From: an uncultured virus (IMG/VR IMGVR_UViG_3300027688_000449)
Taxonomy: Duplodnaviria; Heunggongvirae; Uroviricota; Caudoviricetes
DNA: 64,000 nt
IMG/VR virus record: IMGVR_UViG_3300027688_000449
Reading direction: 5' to 3' (one strand)
Part shown: positions 18,251 through 27,586 of the stretch, piece by piece
How the letters are laid out: every line of letters starts with the position of its first letter
How positions within the stretch are numbered: the stretch's first letter is position 1
The notes under the pieces: generated by a model
Database searches by the model: none
Seen by the model: only the letters and a program-made list of their open reading frames with translations
Told to the model about the DNA's origin: nothing
Translations under genes and position numbers: made by a program

Positions 18251-20020
18251 TTATCGCCTCCAATTATTTATAAGTTCTAGTATTTCTTGAACATAATCGC
18301 CATTGTCTACCTTATCACCCATCACGGTTTCAAAGATGTCTTTCTTCTTTTTGAGTATGTCATAGATGATTCCTTCTACCGTGTTGTCAAAAATTGGATA
18401 ATAAACTAATACATTATTTTTTTGTCCATAACGGTAACTTCTATCCTCTGCTTGAGAGTGGTCTGATGGTAAAAAGGACAAATCGTTCATTACAACCGCC
18501 TCACCCGCTGTCAATGTAATACCAACACCAGCGGCTTTTATGTTCCCAACAAATACCATAACACTCTCATCGTTTTGAAAACGGTCAACGGACAATTGTC
18601 TTTCTTTTTGGGACATTTGTCCATCAAGTCTAACAGCACTTTTTCCAAAATGTTCTAATATCATCTCCAATGTTTTGGTAAAGTTAGTAAAAACAATTAC
18701 TTTCTTACCTTGTTCAACAATGTTTTCACAAATTTCAATTGTTGATGGAACTTTTTCTTCGGCAATCACCTGTCTTACTTTTGTAAGTTTGGTAAACTGA
18801 AGTGTTAATGAATCAGAATCACCATTTTTATCGTACCAATCATAATACTCACCCATTAAGGCTTCATATTCTTTTGATTTTAATCTTAAATAAACTGGTG
18901 TAATGATTTTATCGGGTAAATCTAAAACATTTTCCTTTAATCTTCTTAACACCAAGGGTGCGGTTCGGTCTCTTAACTCTTCCAAGTTGGATGCTCCACT
19001 AACATTCCAAATTTTTCTTCTTCCTGCTTGGAATTGAAAACCATTACAATACCTTTTAACATAAGCCATCCAATTTTTAGCTACAGGACACTCAATTAAG
19101 TTCAATAAATTGAAGTAATTAATTGGTCTTGAAGTAATTGGTGTACCTGTTAACAACCAAAGTCTTTCAACATTGGATACAAAGTCATTGATTAACTTGG
19201 TTCTTTGAGCTTGTTTGTTTTGAATGTAGTGTGCTTCATCAATAATCACCAAATCAAACTTTGTTTTCAATAAAACAGAATCATCTTTCTTTTTTTCATC
19301 GTGGAAATTTTTAATGATGTCATAATTGATGATAACAAAAGTACCATCTTCCCATTTTTTACCTTCAATGATTGACGTTGGTTTGTCTGAATAATTTTCA
19401 ATCTCACGTTGCCAATTAATCTTCAAAGATGCCGGACAAATAATCAAAATCTTTTTTGCCCCTGTTTCCAAAGCGGCAATAATAGTTGATGTTGTTTTAC
19501 CCAAACCCATATCATCAGCAAGAATAAACTTTTTATTCTCAACCAAAGATTTAATAGCCTCTTTTTGGTGTTCAAGTGGTGGACGGTGAGAATATTTTTC
19601 ATAATCAATCACAACATCCTTAACTTTATTGTCTTTTATCAACGCAACCTTTGGAATCCAAAAGTCATAGACTTGTTCTGATTCAAAATATTTTCCCCAA
19701 ATATGATAGGCGGTATCTTTTTCAACCAAAAGTTTTTCAACATATACTTTTGTTGGTACAGATGAAAGTAATTTGTCATTAGCAATTTTTTGGGCAAAAT
19801 AAGAATCAAGTTCCACCCATTTCTTCGCAACCTTTGGTGCGGTTTCGTGATAATTTATAATGTACTCGGCTTGAGCACGAGTTGGGTAAAACTTTTTATT
19901 ATCAATTTGTTTTTGTCTTAAACGTATGATGTAATTATTGGCACCCTGATATGTCTCTAACAAATCAAGAGCCCTTCTTTCTAACACAGAGACATTATAT
20001 GTGTTTTCAGTATTTTCCAA
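18251..20020 (-). CDS. SNF2-family (SWI2/SNF2, HARP-like) helicase
   Basis: LADDMGLGKT (Walker A), IIDEAH, LLTGTP, RRLK, GVGITLT, QAEDRSYRYGQ; TTG start. Confidence 0.92.
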   Translation of the reverse strand: MENTENTYNVSVLERRALDLLETYQGANNYIIRLRQKQIDNKKFYPTRAQAEYIINYHETAPKVAKKWVELDSYFAQKIANDKLLSSVPTKVYVEKLLVEKDTAYHIWGKYFESEQVYDFWIPKVALIKDNKVKDVVIDYEKYSHRPPLEHQKEAIKSLVENKKFILADDMGLGKTTSTIIAALETGAKKILIICPASLKINWQREIENYSDKPTSIIEGKKWEDGTFVIINYDIIKNFHDEKKKDDSVLLKTKFDLVIIDEAHYIQNKQAQRTKLINDFVSNVERLWLLTGTPITSRPINYFNLLNLIECPVAKNWMAYVKRYCNGFQFQAGRRKIWNVSGASNLEELRDRTAPLVLRRLKENVLDLPDKIITPVYLRLKSKEYEALMGEYYDWYDKNGDSDSLTLQFTKLTKVRQVIAEEKVPSTIEICENIVEQGKKVIVFTNFTKTLEMILEHFGKSAVRLDGQMSQKERQLSVDRFQNDESVMVFVGNIKAAGVGITLTAGEAVVMNDLSFLPSDHSQAEDRSYRYGQKNNVLVYYPIFDNTVEGIIYDILKKKKDIFETVMGDKVDNGDYVQEILELINNWRR

Positions 20021-20028
20021 TCTAATAA

Positions 20029-20057
20029 AAGATAATCAATTTATGTATATTTATCAA
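20029..20057 (-). promoter_or_regulatory. Putative sigma70-type promoter for the SNF2 helicase
   Basis: Minus strand TTGATA, 17 nt, TATCTT; overlaps the divergent TATTTAT at 20048-20054. Confidence 0.4.
20048..20054 (+). promoter_or_regulatory. TATTTAT late-gene motif
   Basis: 5 nt upstream of ATG 20060. Confidence 0.6.
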
Positions 20058-20059
20058 GT

Positions 20060-20575
20060 ATGGCACAACAACTCGTTCCAATTACAAGATTAGGTAAATT
20101 TTTTGGTGGGGAAGATTTCTCATTAGATATTTCTATGGGTCGTGAATGGCTTGGTGGGGATATGAATTTTACCATTGTACTTTACAAGGTTGATAGAACA
20201 AAAACAGTTAATGATGATGTTTACGGTGAGGTACAACAAAACGGAATACAATTTTTAGCACCCGTATCAATTAATGCTTATGTTAGGATTGAAGAAGCGT
20301 CAAGTCAATTTTTAGGTAGTAGTAAAATTATTCAAAATGAACCTGGTTTGTTAAAGTTTTCCGTTTATAAACAAGAACTCGCTGATTTACAAGTTGATAT
20401 TGAATTGGGTGATTATATCGGGTATTGGATAACAGAATCCGAAGTTAGGTATTATTCAATAATGGACGCAGGTATTCCTGACTATGACAATAAACACACT
20501 TATGGTGGATATAAAGGATTTTACTTTTCTTACACTGCAACACCTGCAAGTGAAAACGAATTTATGGGATTATAA
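20060..20575 (+). CDS. Neck/head-closure protein (T4 gp14-like)
   Basis: DDVYGE, L.F.VY...L...GDYI pattern of head-closure proteins; directly upstream of the gp15-like and sheath genes. Confidence 0.55.
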   Translation: MAQQLVPITRLGKFFGGEDFSLDISMGREWLGGDMNFTIVLYKVDRTKTVNDDVYGEVQQNGIQFLAPVSINAYVRIEEASSQFLGSSKIIQNEPGLLKFSVYKQELADLQVDIELGDYIGYWITESEVRYYSIMDAGIPDYDNKHTYGGYKGFYFSYTATPASENEFMGL

Positions 20576-21699
20576 TGGCATTACCAAGAAAACGAAAAGA
20601 GATTATTCCAACCATCAATCTCAAGCCAGAAAAAATTCTTTTGGCTCGTAGAGAACAATTGCTTGAAGATATTAAAAAAGATGGAACTTTTTTACCAAAG
20701 TCATTAATGCATCCCGAGTTAGATAGGGGGTTTTTAGATTTTGTTAAAGAAGATTTGCAAACAACGGTCGCTGGTAGTATAATACCAATGATTGATTTAA
20801 TTATTACTACACAAAACTGGGCTCAATTTACAGAAACTTGGAACATTCAAGATTTGAATGGTAATCCAACATTACCTTTTATTACGGTTGTTCGTCAACC
20901 TGAAGTTAAATACGGAAGCAATCCCGCAATCATTTATAATATTCCAAACAGAAAAGAATATTTTTACGCAGCCGTTCCGTCTTGGAATGGAAACATCAAA
21001 GGTTTGGACATTTATAAAATTCCACAACCCGTTCCTGTTGATATTACCTATAATGTAAAAATTGTTTGTAATAGAATGAGGGAGTTAAATGAGTTTAACA
21101 AAAATGTGATTCAAACTTTTGCGTCAAGACAAGCCTATAGACAAATCAACGGTCATTACATTCCAATTATTATGGGTACCATTTCTGATGAATCAGTTGT
21201 TGATGTTCAAAGAAGAAGATTCTACATCCAAAATTATGAATTCACCATGTTAGGATTTTTATTGGATGAAGATGAGTTTGAAGTTGCCCCTGCGGTTTCT
21301 CGTGTGTTAAATACTTTTGAAGTATCTGCTCAAACATCAAGACCAAAAAGAAAAAAATACCCCGAAAATATTGATGAATATAATTTAAGTGTTTCTGTAC
21401 CAAGTGGGTCAACACAAACTGATTTAATGGTTGATTATACGGGTGATTTTAATTTACTAACAAAAATAAATATTACCGATTTTGATGTGTATATAAAACC
21501 ACAAGGACAATTAACTTTTGATTTTTATGGTAGTGATGTTTCATTAATACAAGTCAATACCAACGATACTTTAAGACTTGTTGTTACAAGTAGACCCGAT
21601 GCAACATTACCATCAACATTCAATTACGCAATCAAATTGTTTGGTGTAAATTATGATGTTCCACCACAACCAAACTCAAATGGGAATCCCCACTCATGA
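20575..21699 (+). CDS. Tail terminator / sheath stabilizer (T4 gp15-like)
   Basis: LPFITVVR, PVPVDITYNVKI...MRELNEF, YEFTMLGFL; position between neck and sheath genes. Confidence 0.65.
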   Translation: MALPRKRKEIIPTINLKPEKILLARREQLLEDIKKDGTFLPKSLMHPELDRGFLDFVKEDLQTTVAGSIIPMIDLIITTQNWAQFTETWNIQDLNGNPTLPFITVVRQPEVKYGSNPAIIYNIPNRKEYFYAAVPSWNGNIKGLDIYKIPQPVPVDITYNVKIVCNRMRELNEFNKNVIQTFASRQAYRQINGHYIPIIMGTISDESVVDVQRRRFYIQNYEFTMLGFLLDEDEFEVAPAVSRVLNTFEVSAQTSRPKRKKYPENIDEYNLSVSVPSGSTQTDLMVDYTGDFNLLTKINITDFDVYIKPQGQLTFDFYGSDVSLIQVNTNDTLRLVVTSRPDATLPSTFNYAIKLFGVNYDVPPQPNSNGNPHS

Positions 21700-21882
21700 T
21701 TCACCATAAATGTCTTTTTTAGTTTGACATTTTTCTTTAATCAAATTTTCCAAAAATCTATACATCTTAATACCGTGTTTTTCACAGTATTTCTTTAAAA
21801 TATCGTGTGACTCTATTGATATCTTCAAATTCTTTATTTTCTTTTCCATAGGTAGAATAAAGGCAGAAAATAATCTGCCCAT
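21694..21882 (-). CDS. Small putative DNA-binding protein (ribbon-helix-helix-like); alternative start at 21849
   Basis: KNLKISIESHDILKKYCEKHGIKMYRFLENLI fits a beta-strand + helix + helix RHH pattern; TATTTAT at 21886-21892 on the - strand. Confidence 0.5.
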   Translation of the reverse strand: MGRLFSAFILPMEKKIKNLKISIESHDILKKYCEKHGIKMYRFLENLIKEKCQTKKDIYGES

Positions 21883-21928
21883 ATTATAAATAGATGGCGT
21901 AAAGTAAAGTTTTTCTTAAATCTGTTAA

Positions 21929-21935
21929 TATTTAT
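21929..21935 (+). promoter_or_regulatory. TATTTAT late-gene motif (tail sheath)
   Basis: 35 nt upstream of ATG 21971, followed by an A-rich leader. Confidence 0.6.
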
Positions 21936-21970
21936 CTATAAAATAAATAAAACTGAATAACTAAAACAAA

Positions 21971-24900
21971 ATGGCAGTATCAAATAAAGTATTCGTATCT
22001 CCTGGTGTATACACATCAGAGAGAGACCTTAGCTTCGTAGCTCAAAGTGTGGGGGTAACCACTCTTGGTCTTGTTGGGGAGACATTAACAGGTCCGGCTT
22101 TCGAACCAATCTTCATTACAAATTATAATGATTTTGAATCATATTTCGGTGGAACCATCCCCGAAAAATTTGTAAACACTCAAATCCCAAAATATGAGTT
22201 GGCTTATATAGCAAAATCATACCTTCAACAATCTAACCAATTGTTTGTAACAAGGGTGTTGGGTTTATCTGGTTATGATGCGGGTTCATCTTGGTCAATC
22301 ACAACAATTGCCAATGTTGACGGAAGTACTGTGGGTCTTAGTGTATCAACAGGTACAACATACTCTGTTACCTTTACGGGAACAACAGGTGGAACTGCTA
22401 TTACATATACTTCATCATTCCCATCTATAATCCAAACAGGAAATACATACACACAATATAATGGTGGTGTATCAACAATTACTACGGATTTATATAATCA
22501 AATTCAAACAATCATTAATAACTCAGGAACTACTTCAGGAGCATCGGCATACATTTTTGGAACCGTGTCAACATCTGATTATAATTCGTTATTACCAGGA
22601 TATACCGCTCAGACAAACGTTTATAATGTGTCTGGACTTTCTGTTTATGATGCTGACTTTACATCACCAAGTGATGATACTTGGTATTACGCAAACTTTG
22701 ATATTACAACAGGAGATACTTATACAGGATATTCTTTCTTTAACGTAGTATCCGCAATGACTGATTTAGGTTCTGGTAACTATTCAGGAACTATCACAGG
22801 TAAAACTTATACATACTCAGGTACTGCATATGAAGGTTGGAATGATGTTGTTGTTGCAACTTTACGTTCAAGAGGTGTTTCGTTGTTTACATCAGACTAT
22901 CATGGTCCACAATATCAAATTACAGGAACAACTGATGTTATTATAGATAATTCAGGTTCTTATTCAGGAATTTCTCAAAACCCATTCGCACAATTTGCGA
23001 TTTCAGGTTATACTGACAACGCTGAAACACCAGATTCGTTCTCGTTTGTTGCGTCTATGAATAGTAACGACACAAATTATATTACAAAAGTATTTGGTAT
23101 TTCTAACTTCGGTAAAAATAGAGTTGAAACACCATTGTTTGTTGAAGAACAATTCCAAACAATGTTGACTTATGGTTATAACAAAGGTTACATCAGAGGT
23201 ATTAACTCATCGTTAATTAGTTTACCAGGTTTAAGAAACCCTGTAACTACAGGTACAATTGCTAACTACTTGGAACAATACCAATCACCTGAATCACCGT
23301 GGGTTGTATCTGAACTTAATGGTTCTACAGTTGAAAGATTGTTTAAGTTTTATTCAATTGCTGATGGTAATAGCGCAAACACTCAAATTAAAATTTCAAT
23401 CCAAAATATTTCATTTAACAACTTAAGTTTTGACATTGCGGTTCGTGATTTCTTTGATACAGATGCTAATCCTGTTGTTATAGAAAAATACACAAATTGT
23501 ACTATGGACCCAACAAACAATAACTATGTTGGTGTTAAAATTGGTACTAGTGATGGAGAATACTCATTGAATTCTAAGTACATAATGTTGGAGATGAACA
23601 CTGAAGCAAATCCTGAAAGTGTACCTTGTGGTTTTGAAGGATATGTTATTAGAACATACGGTTCAGCAACTTCTCCATTCCCAGTTTATAAAGTGGCATA
23701 CAACTTCCCAGGTGAAGTAATTTACAACCCACCATTTGGTATTGTTACAAACCCACCATTCTCATATACAGGTTTTGATAACAAAGCGGTATCTGGCGGT
23801 GATAAAGTAAGAAGTACTTATTTGGGTATTTCATCTCAAATTGGTTATGACCCATTATTCTTTGAATATAAAGGTAAACAAAAACCTCTTGATTTATGTG
23901 TTGAAGGTGATGCTTTACCTTGGGATACTGTAACTAAAGGATTCCACATGGATTCGGGAGCAACAGTTGTAAATATTGCTTATGGTACTACTTCAGGAAC
24001 ACCAGCGTTTGATTGTGGGGTTGCTTCATTCCAATCTGACCCTGAAACACCCGCAAATCCATACTTCCAAATCCAAGCAAGAAAATTCACATTATTATTA
24101 CAAGGTGGATTTGATGGTTGGGATATTTATAGTGAAAGTAGAACAAATACAGATAGATTTATATTAGGTGGTAGTGGATACCAAGCGGGAGCTTGTCCAA
24201 CTACAAGATACCCTAACGCAACTGGTTGGGGAGCTTTCAAACCAATTGCTATTAGTAACTTTACAGATTATTCAAATACTGACTACTACGCATACTTGTT
24301 AGGTATTAATACTTTCGCAAACCCTGAAGCGGTTAACATAAATGTATTTGCAACACCTGGTATTGATTATGTTAATAACTCAAACTTGGTTGAGGATTCA
24401 ATTTCTATGGTAACATTTGATAGAGCGGATTCAATCTACATTTGTACAACACCTGATACAGCAATGTTTGTACCAGTAACAAATATAGCTGATTTCATCT
24501 ACCCAACAGAAGCGGTTAATAACTTAGATAATACAGGAATTGATTCTAACTACACAGCAACTTATTACCCATGGATTTTGGTAAGAGATACTGTAAATAA
24601 CACACAAATTTACATACCACCAACAAATGAAGTTTGTAGAAACTTAGCGTTGACTGATAACATTTCGTTCCCATGGTTCGCAACTGCGGGTTACACAAGA
24701 GGTTTGGTAAATGCTGTTAAAGCACGTAAGAAGCTTACACAAGAAGATAGAGATACTTTGTACCAAGGTAGAATTAACCCTATCGCAACTTTCTCAGATG
24801 TTGGAACTGTAATTTGGGGTAATAAAACATTACAAATTGCTGACACAGCACTTAACAGAATTAACGTAAGAAGATTGTTATTACAAGCTCGTAAGTTAAT

Positions 24901-25165
24901 TTCAGCGGTGGCGGTAAGATTATTGTTTGAACAAAACGACGCTAAGGTAAGACAAGACTTCTTGGATTCAGTTAACCCTATCTTGGACGCTATTAGAAGA
25001 GACAGAGGTTTATATGATTTCCGTGTTACTGTAAGTAATTCACCTGAAGATTTAGACAGAAATACTATGTCGGGTAAAATTTACTTGAAACCAACAAAAG
25101 CGTTGGAATTCATTGACATTGAATTCTTAATAACTCCAACAGGAGCGTCATTTGAAAATATTTAA
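21971..25165 (+). CDS. Tail sheath protein (T4 gp18-like) with large S/T/G-rich insertion domains
   Basis: FVSPGVYTSERDLS start; C-terminal YYPW, PWFATAGYTRG, RDTLYQGRINPI, WGNKTLQ, RINVRRLL, LFEQND, PTKALEFIDIEF. Confidence 0.95.
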   Translation: MAVSNKVFVSPGVYTSERDLSFVAQSVGVTTLGLVGETLTGPAFEPIFITNYNDFESYFGGTIPEKFVNTQIPKYELAYIAKSYLQQSNQLFVTRVLGLSGYDAGSSWSITTIANVDGSTVGLSVSTGTTYSVTFTGTTGGTAITYTSSFPSIIQTGNTYTQYNGGVSTITTDLYNQIQTIINNSGTTSGASAYIFGTVSTSDYNSLLPGYTAQTNVYNVSGLSVYDADFTSPSDDTWYYANFDITTGDTYTGYSFFNVVSAMTDLGSGNYSGTITGKTYTYSGTAYEGWNDVVVATLRSRGVSLFTSDYHGPQYQITGTTDVIIDNSGSYSGISQNPFAQFAISGYTDNAETPDSFSFVASMNSNDTNYITKVFGISNFGKNRVETPLFVEEQFQTMLTYGYNKGYIRGINSSLISLPGLRNPVTTGTIANYLEQYQSPESPWVVSELNGSTVERLFKFYSIADGNSANTQIKISIQNISFNNLSFDIAVRDFFDTDANPVVIEKYTNCTMDPTNNNYVGVKIGTSDGEYSLNSKYIMLEMNTEANPESVPCGFEGYVIRTYGSATSPFPVYKVAYNFPGEVIYNPPFGIVTNPPFSYTGFDNKAVSGGDKVRSTYLGISSQIGYDPLFFEYKGKQKPLDLCVEGDALPWDTVTKGFHMDSGATVVNIAYGTTSGTPAFDCGVASFQSDPETPANPYFQIQARKFTLLLQGGFDGWDIYSESRTNTDRFILGGSGYQAGACPTTRYPNATGWGAFKPIAISNFTDYSNTDYYAYLLGINTFANPEAVNINVFATPGIDYVNNSNLVEDSISMVTFDRADSIYICTTPDTAMFVPVTNIADFIYPTEAVNNLDNTGIDSNYTATYYPWILVRDTVNNTQIYIPPTNEVCRNLALTDNISFPWFATAGYTRGLVNAVKARKKLTQEDRDTLYQGRINPIATFSDVGTVIWGNKTLQIADTALNRINVRRLLLQARKLISAVAVRLLFEQNDAKVRQDFLDSVNPILDAIRRDRGLYDFRVTVSNSPEDLDRNTMSGKIYLKPTKALEFIDIEFLITPTGASFENI

Positions 25166-25172
25166 TCTTTAA

Positions 25173-26009
25173 ATGATTAGAAAAAAAATACTAAATCCAA
25201 CATCATCATTACTTGAAGGTTTTGATGATGTTGGTACGCCTGACATGAAATATTATGCCTTTGATTGGGATGATAATATCATGATGATGCCAACAAAAAT
25301 TATTGTTAAAGATGAAAATGACAATGAAGTTGGTATGTCTACAGAAGATTTTGCAGAATATAGAAGTGAAATTGGTGTAGAACCATTTGATTACAAAGGT
25401 AGTAAAATAGTTGGATATTCTGACGAACCTTTTCGTAATTTTAGAACGGGTGGTGATAAACAATTTAAAATTGATACCATGAAAGGTAAACCAGGTCCCG
25501 CTTGGTCTGATTTTGTGGAGGCAATCAACAACGGGTCAATTTTTTCAATAATCACCGCACGTGGACACAACCCCGAGACAATTAAAGACGCAATTTATAA
25601 TCTTATTATTTCTGACCATATGGGTATTAATAAAGACTTATTAATTAAGAATCTTAGAAAATTCCGTGACCTTTCAAATATGGAGGACAAATCGGATATG
25701 GAATTAATAAAAGACTATATGGATATGAACAAATATTATCCTGTTAGTTTTGGTACAGACGCAGGAGCCGCCAACCCCGAGGAATTAAAAGTCCAAGCAA
25801 TGAAAGAATTTATTTCATATGTAAAAGGACAGGCTAAAGAAATGGGTAAAAAATTATATGTTAAAGATGATGTGAAAAATAAATTTGTGCCTAGTATTGG
25901 TTTTTCAGATGATGACTTAAAGAATGTAGAAGTAATGAAGAAGAGTTTTAAAGATGAACCAGTATTAAAGACTTATTATACTGCTGGAGGAACTAAAACC
26001 AGATACTAA
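25173..26009 (+). CDS. HAD-superfamily hydrolase-like protein
   Basis: YAFDWDDNI (DxD), IITARGH, K, GFSDDD.KN motifs. Confidence 0.6.
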   Translation: MIRKKILNPTSSLLEGFDDVGTPDMKYYAFDWDDNIMMMPTKIIVKDENDNEVGMSTEDFAEYRSEIGVEPFDYKGSKIVGYSDEPFRNFRTGGDKQFKIDTMKGKPGPAWSDFVEAINNGSIFSIITARGHNPETIKDAIYNLIISDHMGINKDLLIKNLRKFRDLSNMEDKSDMELIKDYMDMNKYYPVSFGTDAGAANPEELKVQAMKEFISYVKGQAKEMGKKLYVKDDVKNKFVPSIGFSDDDLKNVEVMKKSFKDEPVLKTYYTAGGTKTRY

Positions 26010-26063
26010 AGAATCATAATTTTTAAAAAATCAAAGTAAACACAAAAATTTTCAAACAACGAG

Positions 26064-26070
26064 TATTTAT
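26064..26070 (+). promoter_or_regulatory. TATTTAT late-gene motif (tail tube)
   Basis: 42 nt upstream of ATG 26113, followed by a poly-A-rich leader. Confidence 0.6.
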
Positions 26071-26112
26071 AAATAAATAAACTAAAACAAAAAACTAAAA
26101 AAAAAATATACC

Positions 26113-26601
26113 ATGGCTGATTTATTAATGAAAATGCCGGTTCCTTACGAACCAAAAAGAGCGAACCGATTTATACTTAGGTTTGACACAACTTTAGGTA
26201 TTAATGAATGGTTCGTAGAATCATCAGGAAGACCAAGTATTGATATTAACCCTGTTGAGATACAATTTTTGAACACTTCTACATATGTAGCTGGTAGATT
26301 TAAATGGAATCCAATCTCAGTTAAATTCCGTGACCCAATTGGTCCATCAGCAACACAAGCTCTTATGGAGTGGGTTCGTTTACACGCTGAATCAGTTACA
26401 GGTCGTATGGGATATGCTGCAGGTTATAAAAAGAATGTTGACCTTGAGATGTTGGACCCAACAGGTGTTGTTGTGGAAAAATGGATTCTTGAACAATGTA
26501 TGATTACAAAATCCGCTTGGGATGGTGTATCATATAGTGATGACAAATTAGCAGGATTAGACGTTACATTACAAATGGACCGTTGTATCTTAGTTTACTA
26601 A
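26113..26601 (+). CDS. Tail tube protein (T4 gp19-like)
   Basis: EPKRANRF, YVAGRFKWNPISVKFRDPI, EWV, YKKNVDLEMLDPTGVVVEKW; 162 aa; near the sheath gene. Confidence 0.9.
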   Translation: MADLLMKMPVPYEPKRANRFILRFDTTLGINEWFVESSGRPSIDINPVEIQFLNTSTYVAGRFKWNPISVKFRDPIGPSATQALMEWVRLHAESVTGRMGYAAGYKKNVDLEMLDPTGVVVEKWILEQCMITKSAWDGVSYSDDKLAGLDVTLQMDRCILVY

Positions 26602-26650
26602 TTTTGTATTTTATTTTATATTGATAAATTAATTTAATATGGTATATTTA

Positions 26651-26678
26651 ACACAGGGTCTATTCCCTGTGTTTTTTT
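26651..26678 (+). terminator. Intrinsic terminator-like hairpin after the tail tube gene
   Basis: ACACAGGG-TCTATT-CCCTGTGT followed by TTTTTT, which abuts ATG 26679. Confidence 0.6.
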
Positions 26679-27428
26679 ATGGACGAAAATTTATTACAAT
26701 ACGCACAACAAGAATTTAATTTACCACACGATGTGGTAAAATTACCATCTGAAGGTAAATTCTACAAATCAAAGAAAAAATCTGTTAAGGTTGGTTATTT
26801 GACCGCCGCAGATGAGAATATCATTATGGGTTCAAATACCGATGATATGATTATGACATTAGTTCGTTCAAAATTGTACGAACCAGATTTAAAACCTGAT
26901 GAAATGTTAAATGGAGATATTGAAGCAATTTTAATATTTTTAAGAAATACTTCTTTTGGACCTGAATATAAAATCAGTATTAACGACCCTGAGACTGGAA
27001 AAAGATTTTCTGCCGATATATTGTTGGACGAATTAGATTTTAGAAAACCATCTACAGACCCCAACGAAGATGGTACTTTTGATGTTGTTTTACCAAAGTC
27101 ACAAGCAACCGTTAAATTAAAACCACTTCTATATAAAGAAATTCAAGAAATTAGTAAGGTGGCTGATTCATATCCCGCTGGAAGAGTCGCTCCAAGAGTT
27201 ACAATGAAACTTCAAAAACAAATTGTATCTGTTAATGGTGACACAACACAGTCAACTATTATTAAGTTTGTTGAAGGATTACCAATTATGGATTCAAAAT
27301 TCATTAGAAAATTTATTGATGAAAATGAACCAAGATTAGATTTAACTAAAACAGTTATAGCCCCGTCAGGAAACAAGGTAGATGTTGAAATCGCCTTTGG
27401 GGTGGAGTTTTTTCGGGTTTTCTTCTGA
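26679..27428 (+). CDS. Baseplate hub assembly protein / tail assembly chaperone (T4 gp26-like)
   Basis: V.LPSEGKFY, LTAADENI, GDIEAILIFLRNTSFGPEY, LPIMDSKFIRK, ending EFF; lies between tube and tape measure. Confidence 0.7.
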   Translation: MDENLLQYAQQEFNLPHDVVKLPSEGKFYKSKKKSVKVGYLTAADENIIMGSNTDDMIMTLVRSKLYEPDLKPDEMLNGDIEAILIFLRNTSFGPEYKISINDPETGKRFSADILLDELDFRKPSTDPNEDGTFDVVLPKSQATVKLKPLLYKEIQEISKVADSYPAGRVAPRVTMKLQKQIVSVNGDTTQSTIIKFVEGLPIMDSKFIRKFIDENEPRLDLTKTVIAPSGNKVDVEIAFGVEFFRVFF

Positions 27429-27564
27429 ATATAGGAAATTTCAATTAGACGAATTTTTTATTCTGAGCCGAGATTTACATATGTCTTGGACAGATTTTCA
27501 AAAAATGCCAACATATGCTCGTAGGTATATGGTGGACAAATTAATAGAATCTTATCAAAAATAA
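27382..27564 (+). CDS. Short gp51-like / chaperone 'GT' extension, possibly expressed by frameshift
   Basis: MSWTDFQKMPTYARRY resembles the gp51-like / chaperone C-terminal motif; +1 frame overlapping the end of 26679..27428. Confidence 0.6.
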   Translation: MLKSPLGWSFFGFSSEYRKFQLDEFFILSRDLHMSWTDFQKMPTYARRYMVDKLIESYQK

Positions 27565-27573
27565 GTTTTATTC

Positions 27574-27580
27574 TATTTAT
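27574..27580 (+). promoter_or_regulatory. TATTTAT late-gene motif
   Basis: 6 nt upstream of ATG 27587. Confidence 0.6.
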
Positions 27581-27586
27581 TAGAAT

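Noticed and set aside
21901..26040. AAAGTAAA about 20 nt upstream of TATTTAT before both sheath and tube genes
   Set aside because: Only two copies with unequal spacing in very A-rich DNA; not distinguishable from chance.
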